Assembly (NCBI RefSeq): GCF_003231495.1
Contig: NZ_PQWO01000008.1
Span: 150,001-182,000, forward strand
DNA: 32,000 nucleotides
Direction of reading: 5' to 3'
Source of the DNA: Acaryochloris thomasi RCC1774
GTDB lineage: Bacteria; Cyanobacteriota; Cyanobacteriia; Thermosynechococcales; Thermosynechococcaceae
The notes under the pieces: generated by a model
The model's input: only the letters and a program-made list of their open reading frames with translations
Told to the model about the DNA's origin: nothing
Databases searched by the model: none
Translations under genes and position numbers: made by a program
Shown here: piece by piece, positions 17,828 to 27,821 of the stretch
Numbering within the stretch: the first letter of the stretch is position 1
Layout of the letters: each line of letters starts with the position of its first letter

Positions 17828-18619
17828 CTACTGCCACCCAGATCTAACTTTCAACTGGATCTTCCTAATGCCCTTTCGAATATCACCCATCACCATTTTA
17901 GTTCTGAGGATAGCTTGTTCTCTTGGCCTCAGCATTCGTTCATTACGATTGAGATCATAGGAATAGCCAAGGCGTTTAAAATCTTCATCGTATATGTCTT
18001 CAACAACTCTCAACAGTTCAGGATCATAGTATTTCTTGTAGCTCTTTACCATGGGTTCTGACTCTTGCTCTGGAGACACCATATATCTGGGCAAGACACA
18101 AGTATTGATCTGTAAGCAAGAGCAAAGTTTTGCAAAGTCATCCTCTAAATTTTCAAACCGACCAATAAAATCACAAGTCATGTTTTGCTTCAATTCTCTT
18201 CCGAACATCTTAGTGTTGAAATCGGGGATGAATTTAATCTGTGGCAGCGAGTGATATTTATCAAATCCGCTGAGTCTCTTCAGGTCTCTCTCACGCACCA
18301 AATAAGCATATTCTTTCAAGCTAAGATTTTTCTCTTTTCGGTAGAAGTAACTTGATTCATCAGTGGAGTACGCTCTGATACTGTGCTTCCAGGCTGAGAC
18401 AAATCTTTCATAGGGATTCCTAACGAACGTAAATATAAAATAATTCGGATATGCATTGAGCACTGCAACCAGTGCATGCCTTTTGAAAAAGTGCTCTAGT
18501 CCCTCTTCAGAATTAGCAGATGAGGCATCAGCATAATCCTTCAGAAAGACTTCCATCGAAGTCCCAGCACATTTAGGAATATGTATGAAAATCGCTTTAT
18601 GTCTATGAGAGATCATCAT
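17828..18619 (-). CDS. sulfotransferase family 2 protein
   Basis: PAPS 5'-phosphosulfate-binding-like IHIPKCAGTS and 3'-phosphate-binding-like VRNPYERFVSAW. I prefer the ATG at 18619 (MMISHRHKAIF...) over the TTG at 18667. Markedly AT-rich: three 60-nt lines counted at 35%, 38% and 48% GC, against 57% in the neighbouring ATPase. Confidence 0.75.
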   Translation of the reverse strand: MMISHRHKAIFIHIPKCAGTSMEVFLKDYADASSANSEEGLEHFFKRHALVAVLNAYPNYFIFTFVRNPYERFVSAWKHSIRAYSTDESSYFYRKEKNLSLKEYAYLVRERDLKRLSGFDKYHSLPQIKFIPDFNTKMFGRELKQNMTCDFIGRFENLEDDFAKLCSCLQINTCVLPRYMVSPEQESEPMVKSYKKYYDPELLRVVEDIYDEDFKRLGYSYDLNRNERMLRPREQAILRTKMVMGDIRKGIRKIQLKVRSGWQ

Positions 18620-19007
18620 GCAAGTTACTGACCAAGCATACGAAGAATGGCTGAGTCTATCGTGCAAATACTACCCCTTTTGGTCCGCTTTTGAATTAAT
18701 TTAGATTAGCGAATCGTTACTTTAGACAGCAAAAGCATCTCCACAAATTTAGATTTTCTATCCAATTTTCATCCATTGCCAGCTCTAGCCAAGCAGCGCA
18801 AAAAACAGCCTGCTTAGAAAGCTGATAGAACCTAATATCCTCAGTCAAAAATTAGCCCCACTTCACACGACCCCAGATTCTCACTGACCGACAAATGGCC
18901 AGCGTACTATTGTTCTCACCAGCCCTGCTAACGCCATCTGAGCTTGCTGAGAACAAGCTCTTCAAGAACGACGCAGCCATTTGGGAATGAGACTGATCGA
19001 CTACGCC

Positions 19008-19187
19008 TTAACTAGCCAGCTCTAGCTCAGCCAACCGAAATGTGACAATCTTCGTCCAGTTGCCTCCCTCAAAGGTGACCGCTGCGTGACCGTCGGTGAT
19101 CCGCTGTACCTGACCTTCAAACCCATAGTAGGTATCAGCGGCATTCACCACACGCACGGCGGAACCAGGAAAGATAGTGAGAGCCAT
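19008..19187 (-). CDS. ndhS: NAD(P)H-quinone oxidoreductase subunit S (NdhS/CRR31-like)
   Basis: 59-aa ORF below the track cutoff: [59 protein letters not shown]. It matches the pattern ..PG..V.V.N....YY.FEG.VQR..DG.AAV.FEGGNW.K.VTF.L.ELE that I recall for Ssl0352/NdhS. It lies 60 nt downstream of ftsI on the same strand. Confidence 0.7.
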   Translation of the reverse strand: MALTIFPGSAVRVVNAADTYYGFEGQVQRITDGHAAVTFEGGNWTKIVTFRLAELELAS

Positions 19188-19247
19188 AGCAACCTATTAC
19201 GTACTAAACACCCCTCATCTTACATGAGCCTATTTCCTGCAGCCAAC

Positions 19248-21086
19248 TTAGTCTACCGGCGGCGGTACCGTCTCAGAGGCCTCTTTATCCGGTGGTGCAG
19301 TGGGAGACTTCACCTCTTGCGGATGGCTGGGCGGAATGCCGTCTATCGCAATGATTGCCTCAATCACCGCCTTCACAGCTGGCGCTGCAGTGGTGGAACC
19401 AAAGGCGTTGGCAGCCGTGGGTTCATCAATGACAGCCAGCACCACATATTGGGGTTTTTCTAACGGGAATAGAGAGACAAAGCTGGTTACCTTGCTATTG
19501 CGATAGCGTCCACCGCTCGCCTTCTGAGCTGTACCTGTCTTTCCCCCCAAGCGATAGCCAGGGATACGAGCTGATTTACCGGTGCCGTTGGCGACCACGC
19601 TGCCCATCATATTGCGGACCTGGTCGGCTGTTTCTTCAGAAAAGATACGTCGGGGTTGAATGAGATCAAGATTTTTGACAATTTTCCCTGAGTTATCCTC
19701 CAGGCCAGCGGTGAGGTGAGGGGTAACAAGCTTGCCACCATTTGCGATCGCACCATGTAGCTGAGCCAGTTGAATTGGGGTCACCGAAAAGCCCTGCCCA
19801 AAGGACGTAGTTGCAGGTTCAATGGCATAGTCGACAAACTGCTGCTTCCTTTTGAACTGTCCTGGCGTTTCAAAAGCCAAATCAGTACCGGTGATCTCAC
19901 CAATGCCCATTTTTTTGAGCGACTCGTAGTAGGTAGAGCGCTGAACCCGCTCCATGATCCGAACCATGCCAACGTTGCTAGAGTTCTCTAGAACCTGGGT
20001 CACGCTGAGCACCCCCCGACCCCGACCGTCATAGTTGCCAATCGGCCAGCCACCAATGGAGATCTGGTCTGCATCTTGAACGCGATCGGTGGGCTTGATG
20101 GCCTCTGCATCTAAGGCGATGGCCACATTAATCGGCTTAAAGGTTGATCCTGGCTCGTATAAGTCAGACACCGCCCAATTCTTAAAGAGAGAGGAGTCCT
20201 TTTCTTCATAAAACCGTGCAGGGTCAAAGCTGGGTTCAGAGGCCAGCGCTCGTAGAGACCCATCCTGCACATCCATGACGATCACGGTGCCGCGACGGGC
20301 TCGAAATTTGGTTAACTGCTTCTTCAATGCCGCCCGCGCCGCCCGCTGTAGTCTCAGATCCACTGTGAGCTGGAGAGTGCGATCGCGGCTAGATAAAGGC
20401 TGAGCAGGAAAATAATCCGGCAGAAAAGACTGAGCCGCACTGTGAGAGACAATTTCTTCCGGCGGCTTCGCCAACAGCAGCGGCTGCTGACTATACTCAA
20501 CGCCTGCCTGTCCCTGACCATCCGCATTCACATAGCCGACCAAATTCGAGACCAGATTCTGCTGCGGATAGATGCGCTGCCAGCCTGAGGTCAGCTCCAC
20601 GCCATCAAGCCAGAGCTTTCGAACTTGAGTGGCCTGCTCCTCCGTGAGACCACGGGCGATCGAAATGCCGCTCTTTTGCTCTTTAAAGCTCTGCTGCAGG
20701 TCTGCGGGCGAACGATTGACGATCGGTGAGAGGGCTTTAGCAATCTCTGCGCCTGACTTCTTGAATAGAAAAGGATGGGCAAATAGACGGAAAACCGGTT
20801 CATCCTTCGCCAGCACCGTGCCATTGCGGTCAACAATAGGATGCCGACTAATATGAGCCGGCAGCTTCGTCATCTGCTGGGCCTTCGCCTTCGCCTTCAG
20901 ACGAGGCCCCTGATCAACCTGCAGATAGACAAGACGGGCCGCCAAGCCCAAGATACTGAGCACCAAGACCGTCCAGACACAGAGCAGTCGTGCCTGATGT
21001 CGCTGCGGAGGCCGAGGCTGCTCAGACTGAATGCGGCTGTTGATAGCCTGACGGCGGGAGCGGATTTGGGCAGAGGAAGCACGCAT
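19248..21086 (-). CDS. ftsI: peptidoglycan D,D-transpeptidase FtsI (class B PBP)
   Basis: 612 aa. N-terminal TM anchor, then transpeptidase motifs STFKP, SSN and KTGTAQ. It sits in an rsmH / ftsL-position / ftsI arrangement. Confidence 0.9.
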   Translation of the reverse strand: MRASSAQIRSRRQAINSRIQSEQPRPPQRHQARLLCVWTVLVLSILGLAARLVYLQVDQGPRLKAKAKAQQMTKLPAHISRHPIVDRNGTVLAKDEPVFRLFAHPFLFKKSGAEIAKALSPIVNRSPADLQQSFKEQKSGISIARGLTEEQATQVRKLWLDGVELTSGWQRIYPQQNLVSNLVGYVNADGQGQAGVEYSQQPLLLAKPPEEIVSHSAAQSFLPDYFPAQPLSSRDRTLQLTVDLRLQRAARAALKKQLTKFRARRGTVIVMDVQDGSLRALASEPSFDPARFYEEKDSSLFKNWAVSDLYEPGSTFKPINVAIALDAEAIKPTDRVQDADQISIGGWPIGNYDGRGRGVLSVTQVLENSSNVGMVRIMERVQRSTYYESLKKMGIGEITGTDLAFETPGQFKRKQQFVDYAIEPATTSFGQGFSVTPIQLAQLHGAIANGGKLVTPHLTAGLEDNSGKIVKNLDLIQPRRIFSEETADQVRNMMGSVVANGTGKSARIPGYRLGGKTGTAQKASGGRYRNSKVTSFVSLFPLEKPQYVVLAVIDEPTAANAFGSTTAAPAVKAVIEAIIAIDGIPPSHPQEVKSPTAPPDKEASETVPPPVD

Positions 21087-21088
21087 GC

Positions 21089-21565
21089 TTAGTATCCAAT
21101 CGGGGACATTTGAAGAGGAGCGGACGGCTCTTCATCAACCGGAGCAGCCTGAGGTATATGAGCCGGTTCAGGCTTAACAAAGAGAGTATTGTGCGGCCCC
21201 TTCGGCGTCAGACCAACAGGATTTTTTTCGGCATTCTCATTAATGTGATGCTGGCGCGTTTCATGCTGCAGCAATAGGTTGCGCTCATCTCGCTTGAGCT
21301 GCTCAAGCTGAGCATAGGTCTGCCCCCAGTTTCGCTGGGTTGAGACAGTCCAGCCGTACAGCGGCAGAATACTGAAGGTCAGCAACAGGACCAGCGGTGT
21401 AGAAACCTTACGCAGGGTCAGCAGCAGTAAGAACCAGGGCGAGGCTGACCGAGAGGGTGGCGCAACAACTTCAAGATGGGAGCGGTGCAGTTCTCGCGGT
21501 CGCAAAGCGACGGGCTTGCCTGCAGGTCGAGCGGTCACGGATTTCTTTTTAGCAGTCGCCAACAT
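21089..21565 (-). CDS. hypothetical bitopic membrane protein in the FtsL position of the dcw block
   Basis: Basic N-terminus, a single TM (WFLLLLTLRKVSTPLVLLLTFSILPLYGW), then a heptad-like segment (YAQLEQLKRDERNLLLQHETRQH) and a Pro-rich tail. The stop lies 2 nt before the ftsI ATG. The ATG at 21565 is preceded by GAGGAG; the ORF track starts at a TTG at 21610. Confidence 0.5.
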   Translation of the reverse strand: MLATAKKKSVTARPAGKPVALRPRELHRSHLEVVAPPSRSASPWFLLLLTLRKVSTPLVLLLTFSILPLYGWTVSTQRNWGQTYAQLEQLKRDERNLLLQHETRQHHINENAEKNPVGLTPKGPHNTLFVKPEPAHIPQAAPVDEEPSAPLQMSPIGY

Positions 21566-21741
21566 CTTGGAGCACTCCTCAACTTGTGGTTGCAACGGGG
21601 ATAAACACAAGGAGTCTGCCCTGATTCCCCCTGTAAAATCTGGGCTAAACGTGTGTCACTCTGAACTATCAATGCATAAAAATAGACATTGTGCCAGTTT
21701 TCTTAGCCTTTTTTCACGCTATTCGTAGCTCTTTCATAACC

Positions 21742-22653
21742 CTACAGCGGGGCATTGTCCGATTCATCAGCACCAAGAGGGTCTATGGGTATACGCTGAG
21801 CCAACCTCAACTTAGCGGAGCGTGCGCGGGGATTTTCGCGGATTTCTTCTCGCGTGGCCACGATCGGTTTTTTAGTCAAAATCTTCAGGTGGGGTACGGC
21901 TCGTAACTGATGCTTGACGATCCGATCTTCGAGGCTATGAAAGCTAATCATGCCGATGATTCCCTCTGGTTTCAGCCAAGTTGGGGCTTGTTGAACAAAG
22001 GTTTCGATGCTGTTTAGTTCTTCGTTGACAGCAATGCGAAGAGCCTGAAATACGCGGGTGGCGGGATGAATACGGTGGCGGCGCGACTGCTTGGGCTTGG
22101 GCATGGCCCTTGCGATCGCATCTGCCAGTTCCCCCGTGGTACGAAAGGGGCGCTTGGCTACAACTTGGCGCGCAATTCGCCGAGAAAAGCGCTCTTCCCC
22201 GTAATGGAAGAACAGATCAGCCAGCGTTTTTTCTGATCGAGTATTGATGATGTCTGCCGCTGTCAGGTCTTGCCGCTGATCCATCCGCATATCGAGGGGC
22301 GCATCATAGCGAAAGCTAAACCCGCGCTCAGGGTGATCAAGCTGGGCAGAGCTGACGCCAAAATCAGCAATGATGCCATCAAACCTTGTGGTTCCCGGAT
22401 CGTATTCCGCAAAGTTTTCTTGCTGGAACTGTACCCGGTCTAAGAATGGTGCTAGCGCCTCTCGGGCCGCAGCCAAAGCATGACTGTCGCGGTCAAGGGC
22501 CGTGATCTGTAAGGTGGGTAGTGCCGAGAGCAGCAGAGAACTATGGCCACCGCCGCCCACCGTAGCGTCTAAGTAATGGCCCTCACGGAGCTCAAGTCCC
22601 TGTAGCAGCTCTTGGCTGAGGACAGGGATATGGTAGGTCGAAGCATGGGTCAC
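21742..22653 (-). CDS. rsmH: 16S rRNA (cytosine1402-N4)-methyltransferase RsmH (MraW)
   Basis: 303 aa: [40 protein letters not shown] start. Confidence 0.92.
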   Translation of the reverse strand: MTHASTYHIPVLSQELLQGLELREGHYLDATVGGGGHSSLLLSALPTLQITALDRDSHALAAAREALAPFLDRVQFQQENFAEYDPGTTRFDGIIADFGVSSAQLDHPERGFSFRYDAPLDMRMDQRQDLTAADIINTRSEKTLADLFFHYGEERFSRRIARQVVAKRPFRTTGELADAIARAMPKPKQSRRHRIHPATRVFQALRIAVNEELNSIETFVQQAPTWLKPEGIIGMISFHSLEDRIVKHQLRAVPHLKILTKKPIVATREEIRENPRARSAKLRLAQRIPIDPLGADESDNAPL

Positions 22654-22858
22654 AGGATCATCGCGGGAAAGTTAGTGCAATAGGGAAAGTCGGTTTCCCA
22701 ATGCTACTGTGTTTTCTCCTCAACGCGTTTGACTCAATTGAGGCGCACAATACTGCGACGATCTTGGTTGGCATTTTTGAAGATGATATTGAGCCGTGGG
22801 GACGGGGAAAGCTAGAGATAGGTCTTGAAAGAGTGTCTTATCTGCCGGAATATTGGAT

Positions 22859-25040
22859 ATGCCAACGGGAAAAAGGTTATTTCGCCTCAGGAAAAAGGGA
22901 CAGCGGCACCGATTGAAGCCGCAGCTGTTGATGACGATGGTTGCGATCTCACTGTTACCCTGATCACGCTGCCGGCCTCTATTCAGCCCTCTGTGGCCCA
23001 AGTGAGTCCTGGCTGTGGCATACCCGGCAATGACGGCAATGGCACCCTGCTGACGGGAGTGGTCAATACTTACTTCCCCCCTAGCAGCTCAGGTACCCTC
23101 AGTCCTGGAGCCACCCAGATGCAGCTCGGACCGTTTGGGAGCGGCAGCAACACTCCTGTACAGACAGGTGATCTGCTCGTCATCATGCAAATGCAGGATG
23201 CCGCCATTAACAGCACAAATACAGGCGCTTACGGTGATGGGGTTGCCAACGATCCCGGTAGCGGGGCGAGCAACCTCAACAGTGCCGGACGATACGAATA
23301 CATTGTGGCGACCAATGCAGTGCCGCTCACGGGTGGAACCCTGCAGTTCCAGGGAACAGGATCAGGTAATGGCTTAGTCAATACCCACACTCAAGCGAAC
23401 TTTGGTACCCAGGGTCAGAGGCGCTATCAGGTGACTCGGACTCCTCAATATAATGAGGTGAGCTTAGCACCTGGGTTGACGGCTTCTGCATGGAATGGCT
23501 CCACGGGCGGTGTTCTAGCTCTGGATGCCAGTGGGCAGATTAATTTTAACGGCAGCACCATCGACGTCAGCGGTCGCGGCTTTCGCGGGGGCGGGGGCCG
23601 TCAGCTTACGGGCGGTACCGGGGGCGCAGATACCGACTATCGGAATCTCGCAACCCGAAATTTTCATAGTCCCAAAGCTGAAGGCATTGCGGGAACACCG
23701 CAGTTCCTGTACGACGGTAGCACTGCGCTGGTCAATACAGGCGTAGAGGGATATCCCGAAGGTAGTCACTGGCGCGGCGCTCCCGGTAATGCCGGGGGCG
23801 GCGGCAGCGACGGCAACATTGTCAGCAACGATCAAAACAGCGGCGGCGGGGGCGGCGGCAACGGCGGTAATGGCGGTCGCGGCGGCAATGCCTGGAATAG
23901 CCAAGAACCCTACGGTGGGTTTGGCGGTGCCCTCTTTCCGGGTGCGGCCCAGCAGGTTGTCTTAGGCGGCGGGGGCGGGGCCGGAACACGCAACAACAGC
24001 ACAGGAATCCAAAGCAGCGGCGGTCGCGGCGGCGGGATTGTGCTGATTCGCGCCAATCGCCTCACGGGTACCGGAACGATTAATGCCAACGGGACGATGG
24101 GTCCTGCTCCCGCAAACGATGGGGCAGGCGGTGGCGGGGCGGGCGGCAGTATTGTCGTCACGACACAAGCAGGTGGATTGAGCACCCTCACCACTAATAC
24201 CCAAGGCGCAGCGGGTGCAGATGCCTGGCCCACAACCACGGCAGAATTGAGTCGTGGTCATGGCTCTGGGGGGGCGGCGGAGGTGGCTTCGTGCTTTACT
24301 CAGCCCCCGATAGCGCTCCCATTATCAACGTTCAAGGTGGCGTCAACGGCACCACAACCTTGGGACAATTTCCCTTCGGAGCGCAGCCCGGTGCTGGGGG
24401 CCAAAGCCGCACCATTAATCCGGGCGATATTTCAGGAACCCAGCCTGGAGCCGTCTGTGCTGCACCCCAGGTGCTGCTTGTAAAGAGAATTACGGCCATC
24501 AATGGCAATCGCTCCGTCAATCCAAACGACAACACGCCGCTCAATACGGTGGTGGATGACAGTAGCCCGAACGATAATCATCCCAACTGGCCGAATGGAT
24601 TACTCGTGGGTGCCACCGATGCAGGTCGCATCCAGCCCGGTGATGAATTGGAATACACCATTTATGCGCTATCTGCTGGGGGAGGTGCTGCCGGAAGCGT
24701 GACGATTTGCGATCGCATCCCCACTGCCCTCACCTTTAGGCCCACAGCTTTCAACACTGAGCCACCCGCCCCCGGCGGCACAGCAGGCGAACGCGGCATC
24801 CTGGCGTTTCTAAACCGCCCTGCTGACGCGAACGATAATGGACCGCTCGCCTACACCAACAGCGACGATGGCGATAGCGCTCGCTTCTTCTTAACCGGTG
24901 AGAGCTTGCCGTCCGCCTGCCAAGGGGCTAGTGACAATGGTGCGGTGGTCATTAATCTGAGTACAATGCCCAATGCCGTTACTCCAGAAAACCCCACAGA
25001 CTCCTATGGCTGGGTCCGGTTCCGAGCGATCTCTGATTAA
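22859..25040 (+). pseudogene. large secreted glycine-rich repeat protein with a DUF11-like C-terminal domain, interrupted by frameshifts
   Basis: Three frame segments. (1) ATG 22859-22963, MPTGKRLFRLRKKGQRHRLKPQLLMTMVAISLLP*. (2) ORF 22825-24483, whose body begins ..LITLPASIQPSVAQVSPGCG and carries many GGGG/GNGG blocks. (3) ORF 24291-25040, ..GGGGGGFVLYSAPDS...LLVKRITAING...PGDELEYTIY...VTICDRIPTALTF. Segments 2 and 3 fuse if the G7 run at 24268-24274 were G8. Segments 1 and 2 fuse if the CCC at 22958-22960 were CCCC. Confidence 0.6.
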
Positions 25041-26252
<1,212 letters not shown>

Positions 26253-26262
26253 TCTCCTCAAT

Positions 26263-26748
26263 TCAGTCATAAAGATGGCTAGTGGGGGGATCTATGGGTG
26301 TATTACCTGCAAACACAAATCTTCGAGTTGTGAGACTGAGACCACAGAGAGCAGCGATCGAAAGTTGAAATAGACATGAATGATTATTCATATCGGCGTA
26401 TTCTCCTACAGCCACCCCGATAGTTCTTAGTGTGTGGCTTTCGAGCCTCACATTGCTCAATACGATTCCCAGAGCATCTGCTGTCTGTAGATGCTCTTTA
26501 CCTATACTGGAATTTTCAATAATTAAAGTAAGGCCATAGCTTGGCGTCAATCCAGGCGTGTAGATCAACGCATCAGGGACTATCCAAGGTCTGCATAGAT
26601 AACACAACAAGGGGCAGGAGATACTTTTAGGAAGCGTAGAAAGTATATCAATAGTGCCATCCCTTGCTTCCCGTATGCGTATTAGGATTAGCTCACAGAG
26701 ACGTGTATTCACTAGAACAGGGTCCATATCTCTTGAAACCTTTATCAC
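26263..26748 (-). CDS. hypothetical protein (doubtful ORF)
   Basis: 161-aa ORF with a GTG start only 15 nt from the divergent tspO ATG. No motif recognised. GC is somewhat low (two lines counted at 43% and 48%). It is the only ORF of 60 aa or more in a 510-nt gap. Confidence 0.3.
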   Translation of the reverse strand: MIKVSRDMDPVLVNTRLCELILIRIREARDGTIDILSTLPKSISCPLLCYLCRPWIVPDALIYTPGLTPSYGLTLIIENSSIGKEHLQTADALGIVLSNVRLESHTLRTIGVAVGEYADMNNHSCLFQLSIAALCGLSLTTRRFVFAGNTPIDPPTSHLYD

Positions 26749-26763
26749 ACCTCCATAACACCT

Positions 26764-27225
26764 ATGCTGAAGTCCTGGATGGTTATTGCTGTAGTCACCT
26801 TAGTGGTGGCCTTGGCAGCTAATATCTTCAGACCGAAAGACGTCAAATGGTTCAATCGCCAGCAGCGTCCGTCCTGGCTTACATTTGAGAAACTGATTCC
26901 CTTGATCTGGATCGTTATTTTCATCTGCGGGGGCTGGTCAGCCTACATCACTTGGGAGCAGAATCCAGGCAGTGGACATTCTTGGCTGCTCATGGCTTTT
27001 TACCTACTGCTAGAAGTGGCGACGGTCGCCTATACGCCTGCGACCCTCTGGTTTCAGAACCTTCGAGTAGGCACGTATGTGGGGGGTGTAGGTTTTGTTA
27101 TGGGATTAATTTTGACTCTGCTTGTGCTGCAAATTTCGGGTTGGGCAGCCCTTTTACTCTTGCCATATCTGTTGTGGTCACCCATCGGCACCTACACCAC
27201 CTGGACAATGGATCGCCTTAATTGA
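26764..27225 (+). CDS. tspO: TspO/MBR family tryptophan-rich sensory protein
   Basis: 153 aa, five hydrophobic helices, Trp-rich: WFNRQQRPSWLTF..LIWIVIFICGGWSAYITW...LLLPYLLWSPIGTYTTW. Confidence 0.85.
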   Translation: MLKSWMVIAVVTLVVALAANIFRPKDVKWFNRQQRPSWLTFEKLIPLIWIVIFICGGWSAYITWEQNPGSGHSWLLMAFYLLLEVATVAYTPATLWFQNLRVGTYVGGVGFVMGLILTLLVLQISGWAALLLLPYLLWSPIGTYTTWTMDRLN

Positions 27226-27378
27226 AAAGCTAAGTCTGTTTATCTTCAAAACCGCAGCGTTCCTCCATTATCGGAGTAAAGCCCCAATCACCGGACTTAG
27301 CGAACAAGTAGCGCTCATAGCAATAAGCGATGACTATGACCTACTGCTGCTATAAACGGCAAGGCTTTGCGCTACCCA

Positions 27379-27819
27379 TCAGCGTAGCCCAGTACCATAG
27401 GCAACAATTTCGATTGATAGAATGCCTGAATCACCGCTGCGAGAGCCAATTGTGGCAGTTTCTAAGCGGACATTGATGACCTTTTTAGCACCCCACCGAA
27501 TTGCATCTTCTTTCATTCGCAGCAGCGCTTCACGCCGCCCTCGATCTAAAAGACTCTCGTAGGCAAAAATCTGACCACCAACCAACTTACTCAAACTCGC
27601 CAAGAAGGCCTTAAAGTAATCTGACGAGATCACAACACTGCCGACAAAAAGCTGCGCCCCCTCGGCCTCAGGTAGAGGCTGTTTTGCCCCCATGTTGTAG
27701 ACCGGTACGCTTACGGTTCGACGCTCCCGCTCTTTAATGCTGGCGTAGTGCTTTTGCTCAACAGCATTGCCTGCTAGGTAGCCCAGGGCCAACAAACCGA
27801 GAAAAACAAAAAGTTCCAT
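27379..27819 (-). CDS. membrane-anchored YbjQ-like (UPF0145, putative heavy-metal-binding) domain protein
   Basis: 146 aa. N-terminal TM MELFVFLGLLALGYLAGNAV, then a YbjQ-like core ..LVGGQIFAYESLLDRGRREALLRMKEDAIRWGAKKVINVRLET....VAYGTG. The start is 2 nt after the stop of the upstream YbjQ gene. Confidence 0.65.
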   Translation of the reverse strand: MELFVFLGLLALGYLAGNAVEQKHYASIKERERRTVSVPVYNMGAKQPLPEAEGAQLFVGSVVISSDYFKAFLASLSKLVGGQIFAYESLLDRGRREALLRMKEDAIRWGAKKVINVRLETATIGSRSGDSGILSIEIVAYGTGLR

Positions 27820-27821
27820 CG

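Noticed and set aside
18778-19026. 12-nt direct repeat gccagctctagc at 18778-18789 and 19015-19026, considered as possible target-site duplication of the low-GC insertion
   Set aside because: Both copies lie on the same side of the sulfotransferase gene, one of them inside ndhS. About 30 chance 12-mer matches are expected among all position pairs in 32 kb.
19086-19463. 125-aa + strand ORF in the ORF track
   Set aside because: It overlaps the antisense of both ndhS and the ftsI 3' end, and both of those have clear family signatures.
23515-24261. Several 99-129-aa minus-strand ORFs inside the glycine-rich gene
   Set aside because: They are mirror images of GGN-rich codons (Pro/Ala-rich antisense translation). 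They overlap one another and have no independent support.
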